Assembly (NCBI GenBank): GCA_964390495.1
Contig: CAYMIN010000008.1
Location: 92,831-156,830 of the forward strand
Origin: an uncultured Armatimonadia bacterium
Lineage (GTDB): Bacteria > Armatimonadota > Zipacnadia > Zipacnadales > UBA11051
Direction of reading: 5' to 3'
Length of the DNA: 64,000 nt
Below the pieces are notes generated by a model. The model was not told where the DNA came from. It saw nothing but the letters and a program-made list of their open reading frames with translations, and did no database searches. This document shows, one piece after another, positions 37,512 to 45,843 of the stretch (positions are counted from its first letter, which is position 1; each line of letters opens with the position of its first letter). The position numbers and the translations under genes were made by a program.

Positions 37512-37650
37512 TGCCGTTGTCGTTCTCCCCTCTCCCGTTTCGGGAGAGGGCTAGGGTGAGGCCTGCCGTTGCAGGGGCACATGGCATGCGCCCGTGCCTC
37601 CTAACACCCTAGCCCCCTTCCCTATCAGGGAAGGGGGAATGGGGGATAGG
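37512..37650. repeat. module A + GC hairpin + degenerate module C (cgttCTCCCCTCTCCCgtttcGGGAGAGGGctagggtgaggcctgccgttgc ... cctaacaccctagCCCCCTTCCCtatcaGGGAAGGGGG)
   Basis: Lies between recD2 and the CBM9/GH-like gene. Confidence 0.65.
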
Positions 37651-37678
37651 TATGTGGTAGGCCAAGCCCACTAGCCAC

Positions 37679-40485
37679 CTATTCACCACTATTCATCCGC
37701 GCGGCGGCTACCAGCGCCCGATGCCGGAGCTGCTCGGCGCACTCGCTCAGTTGCTTGGGGCCCTCTTCGCCGCCGGAATAGAAGTACCACTCCCAGGTCT
37801 TTTCGACGCCGGCCGCTCGCCACAATTCCACGTCTTGCAGGCCCAGCCGCATCCGTTCCGCCCGCAGTGACCCCAACGGCCCGTCGGCGCCCGGATATAC
37901 CAGGCCGCCGAATCCCTCTGCGACTTGCGGCGCATCCATCTTGATCTCTGCCGACCAGCCGAGGTACGTGCTGCAGGGCGCTACGCCGTCAAATCTGCCC
38001 CAGAAGGCGTGTGCACCGGGGGCGTAGGCGTGCCCGGACGGCTGCCCAAGCGCCAGGAAAGGGCCACAACTCAGCCACAGCTCAGGCCCGCTCACCTGTT
38101 CATCACCACGGGCCGGTGAACGCACGAATGTCGCATCACCAGACAGCAGGAAGCGGTTCACCTCAAGGGTCAGACTCGGCACGGCTGCCGCTGAGTCAAT
38201 GCTCACAGCCACCCGGTACTCCGGGTCGGCCGCCCGCAGCAAGTTCACAGCCCGCTGGAATGCCGCTAGTTGGTGCTCCGTCGTTGGCCGGTCTGCCGTC
38301 CATATATACAGCTTGTCGAACCATCCCATTTCGCGGAAATGCTTCGCCAGCGCCTCCGCGAAAGCCGACCACGCCTCATCGTATATCTCATCCCCCGGCT
38401 CGGCTTCGACGCTGATCAACTCACCGGCGGCGTCGAGGTAATGCAGTTGCGTGGCGGCGGTGTTGTCAATCATGCCCAGGTAGCTGATGGCGCGGCTGAT
38501 GCCCAGCTTCTCGCAGAGCTTGAGGTAGCGGTCGCAGCGGGAGAAGTCGAACTGCCATTGTCCCGGTGCGACCCTTCTCCAGTCGAAATAGCCGCGGCCG
38601 ATCTGCGCGGTGCCGGCTCCCAGGTCGGCCAGGTATTTCAGGTAGGCCTCAACCAGCTCCCACCACGGCTCGGAGAACGTCGCCACTTCATACTGCTGGG
38701 CCAGGGGCGACCAGGTCTGCCACACCTCCAGGCCCAGCGCGTAAGCTTGCGGCTGCGGCAGGCTCACCTCATACACGCGCACCGCCAGCGGGCAGTAGCC
38801 GGTCTGGCCGTCGGCGGTCCGCAACTCCACGCGCCCCCGGTAGAGGCCGGCCGCGGCCTCGGCAGGCACCTCAATCCGCAGCCACAGCAGGGCGTCGCGG
38901 TCGCCGTGTAGCGCAAAGCCGCCCTCGTCCAGCGGCACCAGCAGGTCGGGATACCTCCCGGGGGGATCGGACTCTACCACCACGGGCAGCACCTCCAGCA
39001 GTTGCAGATGCTGCCGGCCGATGATGTGACCGTCAGGGGATTGCAGTTGCGATACTTGCGCCGTTATGCTGCCGTGGGCCTGCTGAGAAAAGGGGCGATC
39101 ACCAGTTGCAGGCCGGCGCGGCTGTTGCGAGCGGCTTCCAGGTAGGCGGGGGCGAATCCCCTACTGCCGCCGCTCAGGTCAATCTCCGCCAGCGCGGCGG
39201 CCGGATAGATGGCGAGGCCGGCCTGCGCCTGGGTCTGCGCGTGGGCCTCCAGTTCGGTTTTGAGCAGCACGGCCCGGCCCGTCAGCTCGGCGATCTCGGT
39301 CTGCAGCATCATCAGTTCGCTGCGGCTCATCGTCTTGCGGCCTTGGCGGTACTGATTAGCCACTTGCCGCCACTGCTCCAGTAGCGCATCCAGTTCCTGC
39401 CCGGCTTGGGTCTTGTAGGGCGAAGTCTCCAGGGCCGACCACACTCGCACCGCCGCCGTCAGGGCCTTCTCCAGCTCGGTCAGCTCGGCCCCGGTGGCCG
39501 GCAGGGCCAGCGGATACGGAGGCGTGCGGCTGACGGTCTCACCCTGGGCATCGGTGAGCGAGAACTGGACGGTATTGAGGCCGTCCTGGCTGAGCTTGTA
39601 CGGTACTTCCACTATATCGCTGGTATCCGGCTGGAGAGTGACTTTTTTGGCGCCATAGGCGTTGCCGTACTTGGTCGGCGCCATCACTCGCCAGTTGATC
39701 TTGGCGGTAATCGCTTCACTGCCTAGGTTGGTGACGGTGACCACGGCAGTATTGTCGCCCAGCCGGCCCTCCCCCAGAGACGCCAGCTTCATCACCGCCG
39801 GCGTTTGGGCAAAGATGATCTTGCCGAAGCTCTCCGGCTCGTGGAAACTCTTCAGCAGTCGGCTGGAGCAGCTTTTCTCCCCCAGATGGGGCACGTTGCG
39901 CGCGGCCACAAAGCCCCACACCGTCCCCGGTGAGGGCGGGATGTCACCCTCGAAAGGCAGGGCCATCTCCACCGACCAGCCCGCCTCCAGCATCGCCGCG
40001 TGCGCCTCCCAGCGGTAGTCAACCGCCGCCTCACGCTCAAGCGCGTCGTAGCGGGTGCCCAGCGAGTTGACGATGAAGTGGATATACTTCTGGCCCTGAT
40101 TGGCCGGATCGAAGAACAGTTCCAGGCAGTCATCGGCATAGACCGCGCCATCCCGCTCGGTGGCCTCGGCCTTGATTGCTGCCGCCTCCGGGTCGTGAAG
40201 CACTGCGCCGATGTAGAGGCTGTGAGCGTCATAGCCGACCCACATCTCGGTCTGCGCCGCCGGCTCCGAGCGTCCGCCCAGCGAGATGAACCTGCTCATA
40301 GCGCCGGCATCGGTCCACTCGCCCGGCTCCAGCAATCCGTCAATGTTCGGGGCCTTGCTCATCAAGGGGGCGCTGACCGCCGGCGGAGTGTAGAAGGCCA
40401 GCGCATCAGCATAGCCGAAGCTGCCGGCTCCGGCGACCAACAGAAGTGCTGCGATCGTCATCAGACTGTAACGCACTTGCGGCAC
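37679..40485 (-). pseudogene. secreted CBM9-like plus DUF4091/GH-like protein split by a frameshift into two overlapping ORFs (40485-39064 and 38992-37679)
   Basis: The upstream ORF has a signal peptide and a CBM9-like domain. The reading frame of the downstream ORF stays open for more than 40 codons upstream into the tail of the first ORF. The frame switch maps to a CCCCTTTT run near 39085-39100. Confidence 0.5.
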
Positions 40486-40702
40486 CTCCTATGTCCCGGC
40501 GCAGCCTCTGCCTGCCGACAGCGACCGTCGCCGCCTACGAATACGCGCCCAACGGGCTCGTGCCTAGTCCTATCTTCGCCGCGATTGGCTCCTGTCCCTT
40601 CCCCTTTGCGAGTATTTCCCCTACCATGTGACTGCTCAGTTCAGCGCGCTAGCGCAGAGGACATGCAAAAAACAGATGGCGCCTCGCCCCTAATGCTCTG
40701 TT

Positions 40703-40781
40703 CTGGAGGGCAGGCATCCCTGTCTGCCCATGCCCTTAGCGTGTCCGCAGACCGCGACAGGCTAGGAAGCCTGCCGTCCCG
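40703..40781. repeat. Family-F element, variant copy (GGGCAGgcatccctgtCTGCCC ... gacaggctaggaagcctgccgtccc)
   Basis: Shares the ggcatccctg and gacaggctgggaagcctgtcc cores with the other F copies. Confidence 0.55.
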
Positions 40782-40865
40782 GAACCCGAGCCGGAAAGCC
40801 GGTGACACCGCGCCGTGCACCACATCTGCGGCCTCATGCCGATGGTGTGACGCTGACTACATATC

Positions 40866-41534
40866 TCATTCCATCTGCACATCACTGACGCCGTCCAGCT
40901 CCTCCAGCTCCCGGCACAACTCGGCCTGCGCGGCCTTATCGGCCAGTTGCGCGCGGATCGAGAGCATCCGCGGCTGGTGACGCCTCACCAGCCCGTATTT
41001 TAGGCTCACGATCTTGCCCCCGTGCCGGTTCAGCAGTGCCGTGACATCGGCGATCATGTCCCGCTCCGGATCGGTAGCCAGGTTGAACTGCACTCTCCCA
41101 CTACGGCGAATTACGTCTTCCTCCAGCCAGTCCACCGCCACCAGGGTGAACAGGCCGATGATGGTGGCGAAGATCGCCGCCGGGTACCAAGCGAGCCCGC
41201 ACGCCACCCCGATGGCCGCGACCATCCACAGCGAAGCTGCTGTCGTCAGGCCGCGAACCACGTTGCCATGCCGCATGATCGTGCCTGCGCCGATGAAGCC
41301 GATGCCGGTCACCACCCCGGCCGCCACGCGCGACACGTCGCCATCGCCTTCGGCGGCTGCACCCGAGATGATGGCAAATAGTGCTGAGGCCACCGCCACC
41401 AGAATATGGGTGCGCAGTCCCGCCGGCCGCTGCTGCCATTCCCGTTCCAGACCCAGGAGACCGCCCAGCACAAACGCCACGCTCATGCGTAGGGCGATCG
41501 TGCCGTATGAATCGATTGCCAGTTCCATGCTCAC
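40866..41534 (-). CDS. mgtC: MgtC/SapB-family membrane protein
   Basis: MgtC N-terminal TM domain (LGLEREW) and a C-terminal ACT-like domain. Confidence 0.75.
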   Translation of the reverse strand: MSMELAIDSYGTIALRMSVAFVLGGLLGLEREWQQRPAGLRTHILVAVASALFAIISGAAAEGDGDVSRVAAGVVTGIGFIGAGTIMRHGNVVRGLTTAASLWMVAAIGVACGLAWYPAAIFATIIGLFTLVAVDWLEEDVIRRSGRVQFNLATDPERDMIADVTALLNRHGGKIVSLKYGLVRRHQPRMLSIRAQLADKAAQAELCRELEELDGVSDVQME

Positions 41535-41794
41535 GCCGCTCCTTTCCCGGCCGTCACTCCGTAGTGACCGACCGGCGGGTGTATGCAGCCGCTAGATATC
41601 ACTCTCAGGCCGGAACAAATCACCCGGCAGAAGGGTTAGTTTATAGGAAGTATTTCACAGTTCTCTCGTCTTTATCCCTGGTGCCAGGCCGTCGAGCTAG
41701 CCTTATCGCCCCCGGAAGGCCCCGACGCAATGATTGGCGAATTATATATTTTCGCAGTGTCACTGTCAAAAAAAGCGCAGAAAGAGGACTAACC

Positions 41795-42973
41795 GTGTCA
41801 GAGGTCATTGAGACGATGAGCTTTCCCGAAGATGACAATCCGGTGGTGGCGCTGTCAGGCCCTGGGGCTAGCGGGGATACCTATCGGTTACTGGACGAGC
41901 TTGAGGCCGCCCGCGCTCTGGTTGTCTGCGGGCGCACTGTCGGCACCTTGCCGGTGGTCAGGGACCTGGCCAGCTCGGCCCCTTCCGGCCTGGAGATACA
42001 GGTCTTCGACCGCGTCGCGCCGGACCCTGCCGAGGTCACCTGCCAGGTCGGCGGCACTGCGGCGCGCGACTTCGGCGCCCAGGCGATCATCGGCATCGGC
42101 GGCGGCAGCAGCATGGATGCAGCTAAGGCCATCGCCGCCGAAGCGGTTACACCCGGCTGGACCAAAGCTCAGGACCATTCCGGCCAACCCACCGAGATGG
42201 ATTTCGAGCCTCTGCCGGTGATACTTGCTCCTACCACCGCCGGCACCGCCTCCGAGGTTACGCCCTTTGCCGTGGTCACCTATAGCGATCCCGAGCACAA
42301 GCTGGTGCTCAGTCATCCCCGGCTCTATGCGCGCTATGCTCTACTGGACCCCGAGCTGCTGCTGACTTGCTCCGAGCGGGTGCGGGTGGCCGCCGGCATG
42401 GACGCTTTGACCCATGCCATCGAGTCATACGTCAGCAAGGAGGCTACGGATCAGACCCGCCGCCGCGCCCTGCAGGCAATCGGCCTAATCGCCCCGCACC
42501 TGCCGAGAGTAGTCGCCGATGTCAATGATCTGGAGGCTCAGCGCCAGTTACAGTTGGGCGCGATGATTGCCGGCCTGGCCTTCTCGCACAGTCGCCTCGG
42601 CATCGTTCACGCCATGGCCCTGCCGCTTTCCGCGCTCTTTCATGTGCCTCACGGCGTGGCGAATGCGGTGCTGCTGCCTTACGGGATGCGCTTCAATGTG
42701 ACGGCCGCTCCGGACGGCTTTGCTGCGATTGCCGGGGCGATGGGGGTGGACACTTTGGAAATGCCGCCGCAACAGGCTGCGCTGGCTGCGGTCGAGGCCG
42801 TCGCGGAGCTCAGTCGCACTATCGGCGCGCCCCGGCACATGTCCGAGGTCGGTGTCGCCGCAGAGGCCATCCCGCAGATGGCCGAAGACGCCATCTTGAG
42901 TGCACATATCGCCCGCAATCCTCGTCATATTGACAAGCAGGATCTTATCGAGCTGTACAATCTGGCTTTCTAG
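41795..42973 (+). CDS. iron-containing (group III) alcohol dehydrogenase
   Basis: Motifs GGGSSMDAAKA and a His-rich metal site (LTHAIE, HAMALPL...HGV). GTG at 41795 has an AAGAGGA RBS 6 nt upstream; the ORF opens far upstream in non-coding DNA. Confidence 0.75.
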   Translation: MSEVIETMSFPEDDNPVVALSGPGASGDTYRLLDELEAARALVVCGRTVGTLPVVRDLASSAPSGLEIQVFDRVAPDPAEVTCQVGGTAARDFGAQAIIGIGGGSSMDAAKAIAAEAVTPGWTKAQDHSGQPTEMDFEPLPVILAPTTAGTASEVTPFAVVTYSDPEHKLVLSHPRLYARYALLDPELLLTCSERVRVAAGMDALTHAIESYVSKEATDQTRRRALQAIGLIAPHLPRVVADVNDLEAQRQLQLGAMIAGLAFSHSRLGIVHAMALPLSALFHVPHGVANAVLLPYGMRFNVTAAPDGFAAIAGAMGVDTLEMPPQQAALAAVEAVAELSRTIGAPRHMSEVGVAAEAIPQMAEDAILSAHIARNPRHIDKQDLIELYNLAF

Positions 42974-43049
42974 GTCCTATTGTAGGGCGCGGGCCTGTAC
43001 CGCACCGGCCCTGTCATGCACGCCAAACCTGAAGAGGTTGCCTGCCAAC

Positions 43050-43985
43050 ATGGAAGATTTCAGCAGCCCCACCGCAGCCCTAATTGCAGAGATCGAGAAG
43101 GTCATCGTCGGCAAGCGCGAGGCCATTGAGCTGGTGATAATCGGCCTGCTTTGCCGCGGCCATATCCTCATCGAGGACCTCCCCGGCCTAGGGAAGACCA
43201 TGCTGGCCCGCGCCCTGGCCAAGGCCGTGGACTGCGATTTCCGTCGCATCCAGTTCACACCTGACCTTCTGCCTGCCGACGTCACCGGTACGACCGTTTA
43301 CGAGAAGGGAGACGGGAAGTTCACTTTCCGCCCCGGGCCGCTGTTTGCCAGCCTGGTACTGGCCGATGAGATTAACCGCGCTACTCCCAAGTCGCAGTCG
43401 GCGCTGCTGGAGAGCATGGAGGAGTTCCAGGTCACGGTGGACGGCATCAGCCACGAGCTGCCCAAGCCTTTCTTCGTCATCGCCACCGAGAACCCGATCG
43501 AGTACGAGGGCACCTATCCGCTGCCGGAGGCACAGCTTGACCGCTTCTTAATGAAGGTCCACATCGGCTATCCCACGCCGGAGCAGGAGGTTGATATTCT
43601 CCAGCGCCAGGTCATGGTTCATCCGATTGAGAACGTCAGGCCAGTGGTGGCGGCCGCGCAGGTGCTGGCGATGCAGCAGGCCCTGCGCGCGGTTCACATA
43701 GATGAGTCGCTACAGCGCTATGTTGTGGACGTGGTGAATCACAGTCGCGGGCACGAGACGGTGGCTTTGGGGGCCAGTCCGCGCGGCTCACTGGCGATGA
43801 TGCGTTGCAGCCAGGGCGTGGCCTTCCTGGCCGGTCGCGATTATGTAGTCCCGGACGATGTCAAGCGTGTCACTGAACCGGCGCTATCTCACCGTCTCAC
43901 CATCAAGCCGGACCATCGCATGCGCGGGGTGACTCCGGGCAGCGTCATCGAGCAGATACTGCAGTCGGTCGCGGTGCCGGTCTAG
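43050..43985 (+). CDS. MoxR-family AAA+ ATPase
   Basis: Walker A GLPGLGKT, Walker B LLADEINR, and sensor region. Start taken at MEDFSS. Confidence 0.8.
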   Translation: MEDFSSPTAALIAEIEKVIVGKREAIELVIIGLLCRGHILIEDLPGLGKTMLARALAKAVDCDFRRIQFTPDLLPADVTGTTVYEKGDGKFTFRPGPLFASLVLADEINRATPKSQSALLESMEEFQVTVDGISHELPKPFFVIATENPIEYEGTYPLPEAQLDRFLMKVHIGYPTPEQEVDILQRQVMVHPIENVRPVVAAAQVLAMQQALRAVHIDESLQRYVVDVVNHSRGHETVALGASPRGSLAMMRCSQGVAFLAGRDYVVPDDVKRVTEPALSHRLTIKPDHRMRGVTPGSVIEQILQSVAVPV

Positions 43986-44129
43986 ACGGGTGTCGAGAGC
44001 CCGTTGCTCTCAAAGCCTTTCCTTGTCCAGCTTGGTGACCCTTGCTGTCCAGGCCCTGGCGAGCATACACACAAGTTCTTGGTGGCCGGTAATTCAGACA
44101 CCACAGACTCTGGCACCAGTCCCAAGCTA

Positions 44130-44203
44130 CAATACTTTCCTGGACGACAGGCATCCTTGCCTGTCGAAGGGCGTGGACAGGCTGGGAAGCCTGTCCTCCA
44201 ACG
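44130..44203. repeat. Family-F element, copy 3 (cctggacgacaggcatccttgcctgtcgaagggcgtggacaggctgggaagcctgtcctcc)
   Basis: The most complete copy; it has both hairpins. Confidence 0.7.
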
Positions 44204-44634
44204 GAACGAAGGGGGAAAACGGAACAGGCGCTTCTCCCTGGCCCCATCCATGAATTCCGTGGAGCTAGGAAGCCCGTGGTTCGGGCATCCACAATAGTCA
44301 TGAAGATTCTTAATGGCAACACAAGCCCAGCATTCAGCAGGGCCCTTGGCTTGCGCAGTCGCGTGCTGTTGGAGGGGCGGTGTCGAACGTCGGACGCTGT
44401 TTGTCCGACGTGAGGCCGGCCCGCGCACGACCCTGACTCCCGAGCTCGGCACGGCCAGACGCCCAACGGCTGGGCCAGCCTTGTGAGCTTTGCTTGGCAA
44501 AGCCCACTGCGACAGGCCCCTCCATCACGGCTGACGACATTCCAGTCGCACACTAGAGCCTGAATTGACCGAAATCTGCATAACTGCAGTTTCAGCCCGA
44601 CGCGGCTAGCAGCTTTCTGCGAAAGGCATTACCT

Positions 44635-45843
44635 ATGGCCAGAAGCAAGCGCCATGCGCTATTGTGGGCGGCATTTTTCCTCCTGCTGGTGGGGTTTGTG
44701 CTGCACGTCCGGCAGATGTTCTACATGTCGGCGGCAGCGGCCATGCTGTGGCCGATTTCGCTGCTGCTGGGCCGCCACAAGCTCACCGGTCTGGAGGTCA
44801 GTCGCCTGGCCCCCAAAGCCCTGCATGGCGGCGAGAGCGCCGAGGTCAAGCTGCGGCTGACCAACCCGACCAGGACCAAGCGTCTGTTTGTGCAGCTCAC
44901 TGACGCTCTGCCCGCCAAGGCCGCCGGGCAGGACCCGAGTTTCATAATACCCAACCTGGAGGCCGGTGCCGGAGTCGAGCTTTCGTACGTGCTGCATACC
45001 GGTCTGCGCGGGGTCTATCGCCTCGGCCCGCTGCTGTTGGAGGCCTCGGAGACTCTAGGCCTTTCCACCTTTACCAGGAAGTTCGCCCAATCCGACGAGG
45101 TGATCGTCTATCCTGCGCCGGTGTCTCTGCCGCCGCTTTGGCCGCCGGATGCTACCGGGCGTAGGCCGCGCCGAGCCCTGCGGATGGTGGGAGCCGACGG
45201 CCTCGATTTCTATGGCATCCGCGAGTACGTGCCCGGCGACGATCTGCGCCGCGTCCACTGGAAGACCACCGCCCGCATGGACGAGCTGATGACGATCCAG
45301 TTCACCAAGGAGCAGTCCCTGGAGGGCACCATCATCCTCGACCTCTACGCCAAGGCCCATGCCGGCCGCGGCCTGTTCAGCACTCTGGAGCAGGGCGTGC
45401 TGCTGGCGGCCAGTGCCGCCCGCCAGGCCGAGACCTTGGGCGGTGACGTCGGCCTGATTGCGGTCGGGGAGGCGGATTACAGCGTCCCGGTGGCTCTCGG
45501 TGTGGACCAGTACGGGGCGATTCTGGAGGGGCTAGCCCGCGCCGAACTGACGCCGGCTGACAACTGGCCTGAGGCGGTGGTCGAGCGCCTGGTCACCCGG
45601 CCTCCTCGCTGTGCCGCCCTGGTCATCAGCCCGCGCACTGATGAGACCGCCGTGGGCCTCGCCCGCCAGCTTCTCGCCCGCGATCAAGTCGTATCGTGGA
45701 TGCTCCTGCAACCGGCTGCGGCGGCGGCGCCAACCTTGGTCGCCCAACTGCAGTCGCTCGGCTGTCGCATCAGGACCATCAACTGCAGCCTGCCGCTGCA
45801 GGCTCAATTGGGGATCGGGCAGAGGTTTTATGCTCAGACTTGA
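44635..45843 (+). CDS. DUF58 (vWA-like) protein, MoxR partner
   Basis: N-terminal TM segments and the DUF58 signature DFYGIREYVPGDDLRRVHWKTTAR. Confidence 0.75.
   Translation: MARSKRHALLWAAFFLLLVGFVLHVRQMFYMSAAAAMLWPISLLLGRHKLTGLEVSRLAPKALHGGESAEVKLRLTNPTRTKRLFVQLTDALPAKAAGQDPSFIIPNLEAGAGVELSYVLHTGLRGVYRLGPLLLEASETLGLSTFTRKFAQSDEVIVYPAPVSLPPLWPPDATGRRPRRALRMVGADGLDFYGIREYVPGDDLRRVHWKTTARMDELMTIQFTKEQSLEGTIILDLYAKAHAGRGLFSTLEQGVLLAASAARQAETLGGDVGLIAVGEADYSVPVALGVDQYGAILEGLARAELTPADNWPEAVVERLVTRPPRCAALVISPRTDETAVGLARQLLARDQVVSWMLLQPAAAAAPTLVAQLQSLGCRIRTINCSLPLQAQLGIGQRFYAQT

Noticed and set aside
9000-37650. Possibility that the recurring palindromic repeats form a CRISPR array
   Set aside because: Repeat units are heterogeneous modules, not identical direct repeats. 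They are not separated by regular ~30-40-bp unique spacers. They are dispersed over kilobases between genes, and no cas genes are present.
41381-41794. 138-codon N-terminal extension of the alcohol dehydrogenase ORF
   Set aside because: The extension covers the mgtC divergent promoter region and translates to Pro/Arg-rich nonsense. The GTG at 41795 has a well-spaced AAGAGGA RBS and yields a ~392-aa Fe-ADH of normal length.
44255-44285. tRNA-like T-arm motif (gtggTTCGGGCatccac) in the moxR-DUF58 spacer
   Set aside because: There is no matching acceptor stem, D-arm or anticodon arm within 90 nt. No GGTTCGAATCC-type consensus occurs anywhere in the window. It is most likely just a small hairpin.
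45611-45829. Upstream extension of the transglutaminase-like ORF (track start 45611)
   Set aside because: The extension lies wholly inside the DUF58 gene in another frame and encodes an Arg/Pro/Cys-rich peptide. The internal ATG at 45830, with an AGAGG RBS, begins the hydrophobic N-terminus.
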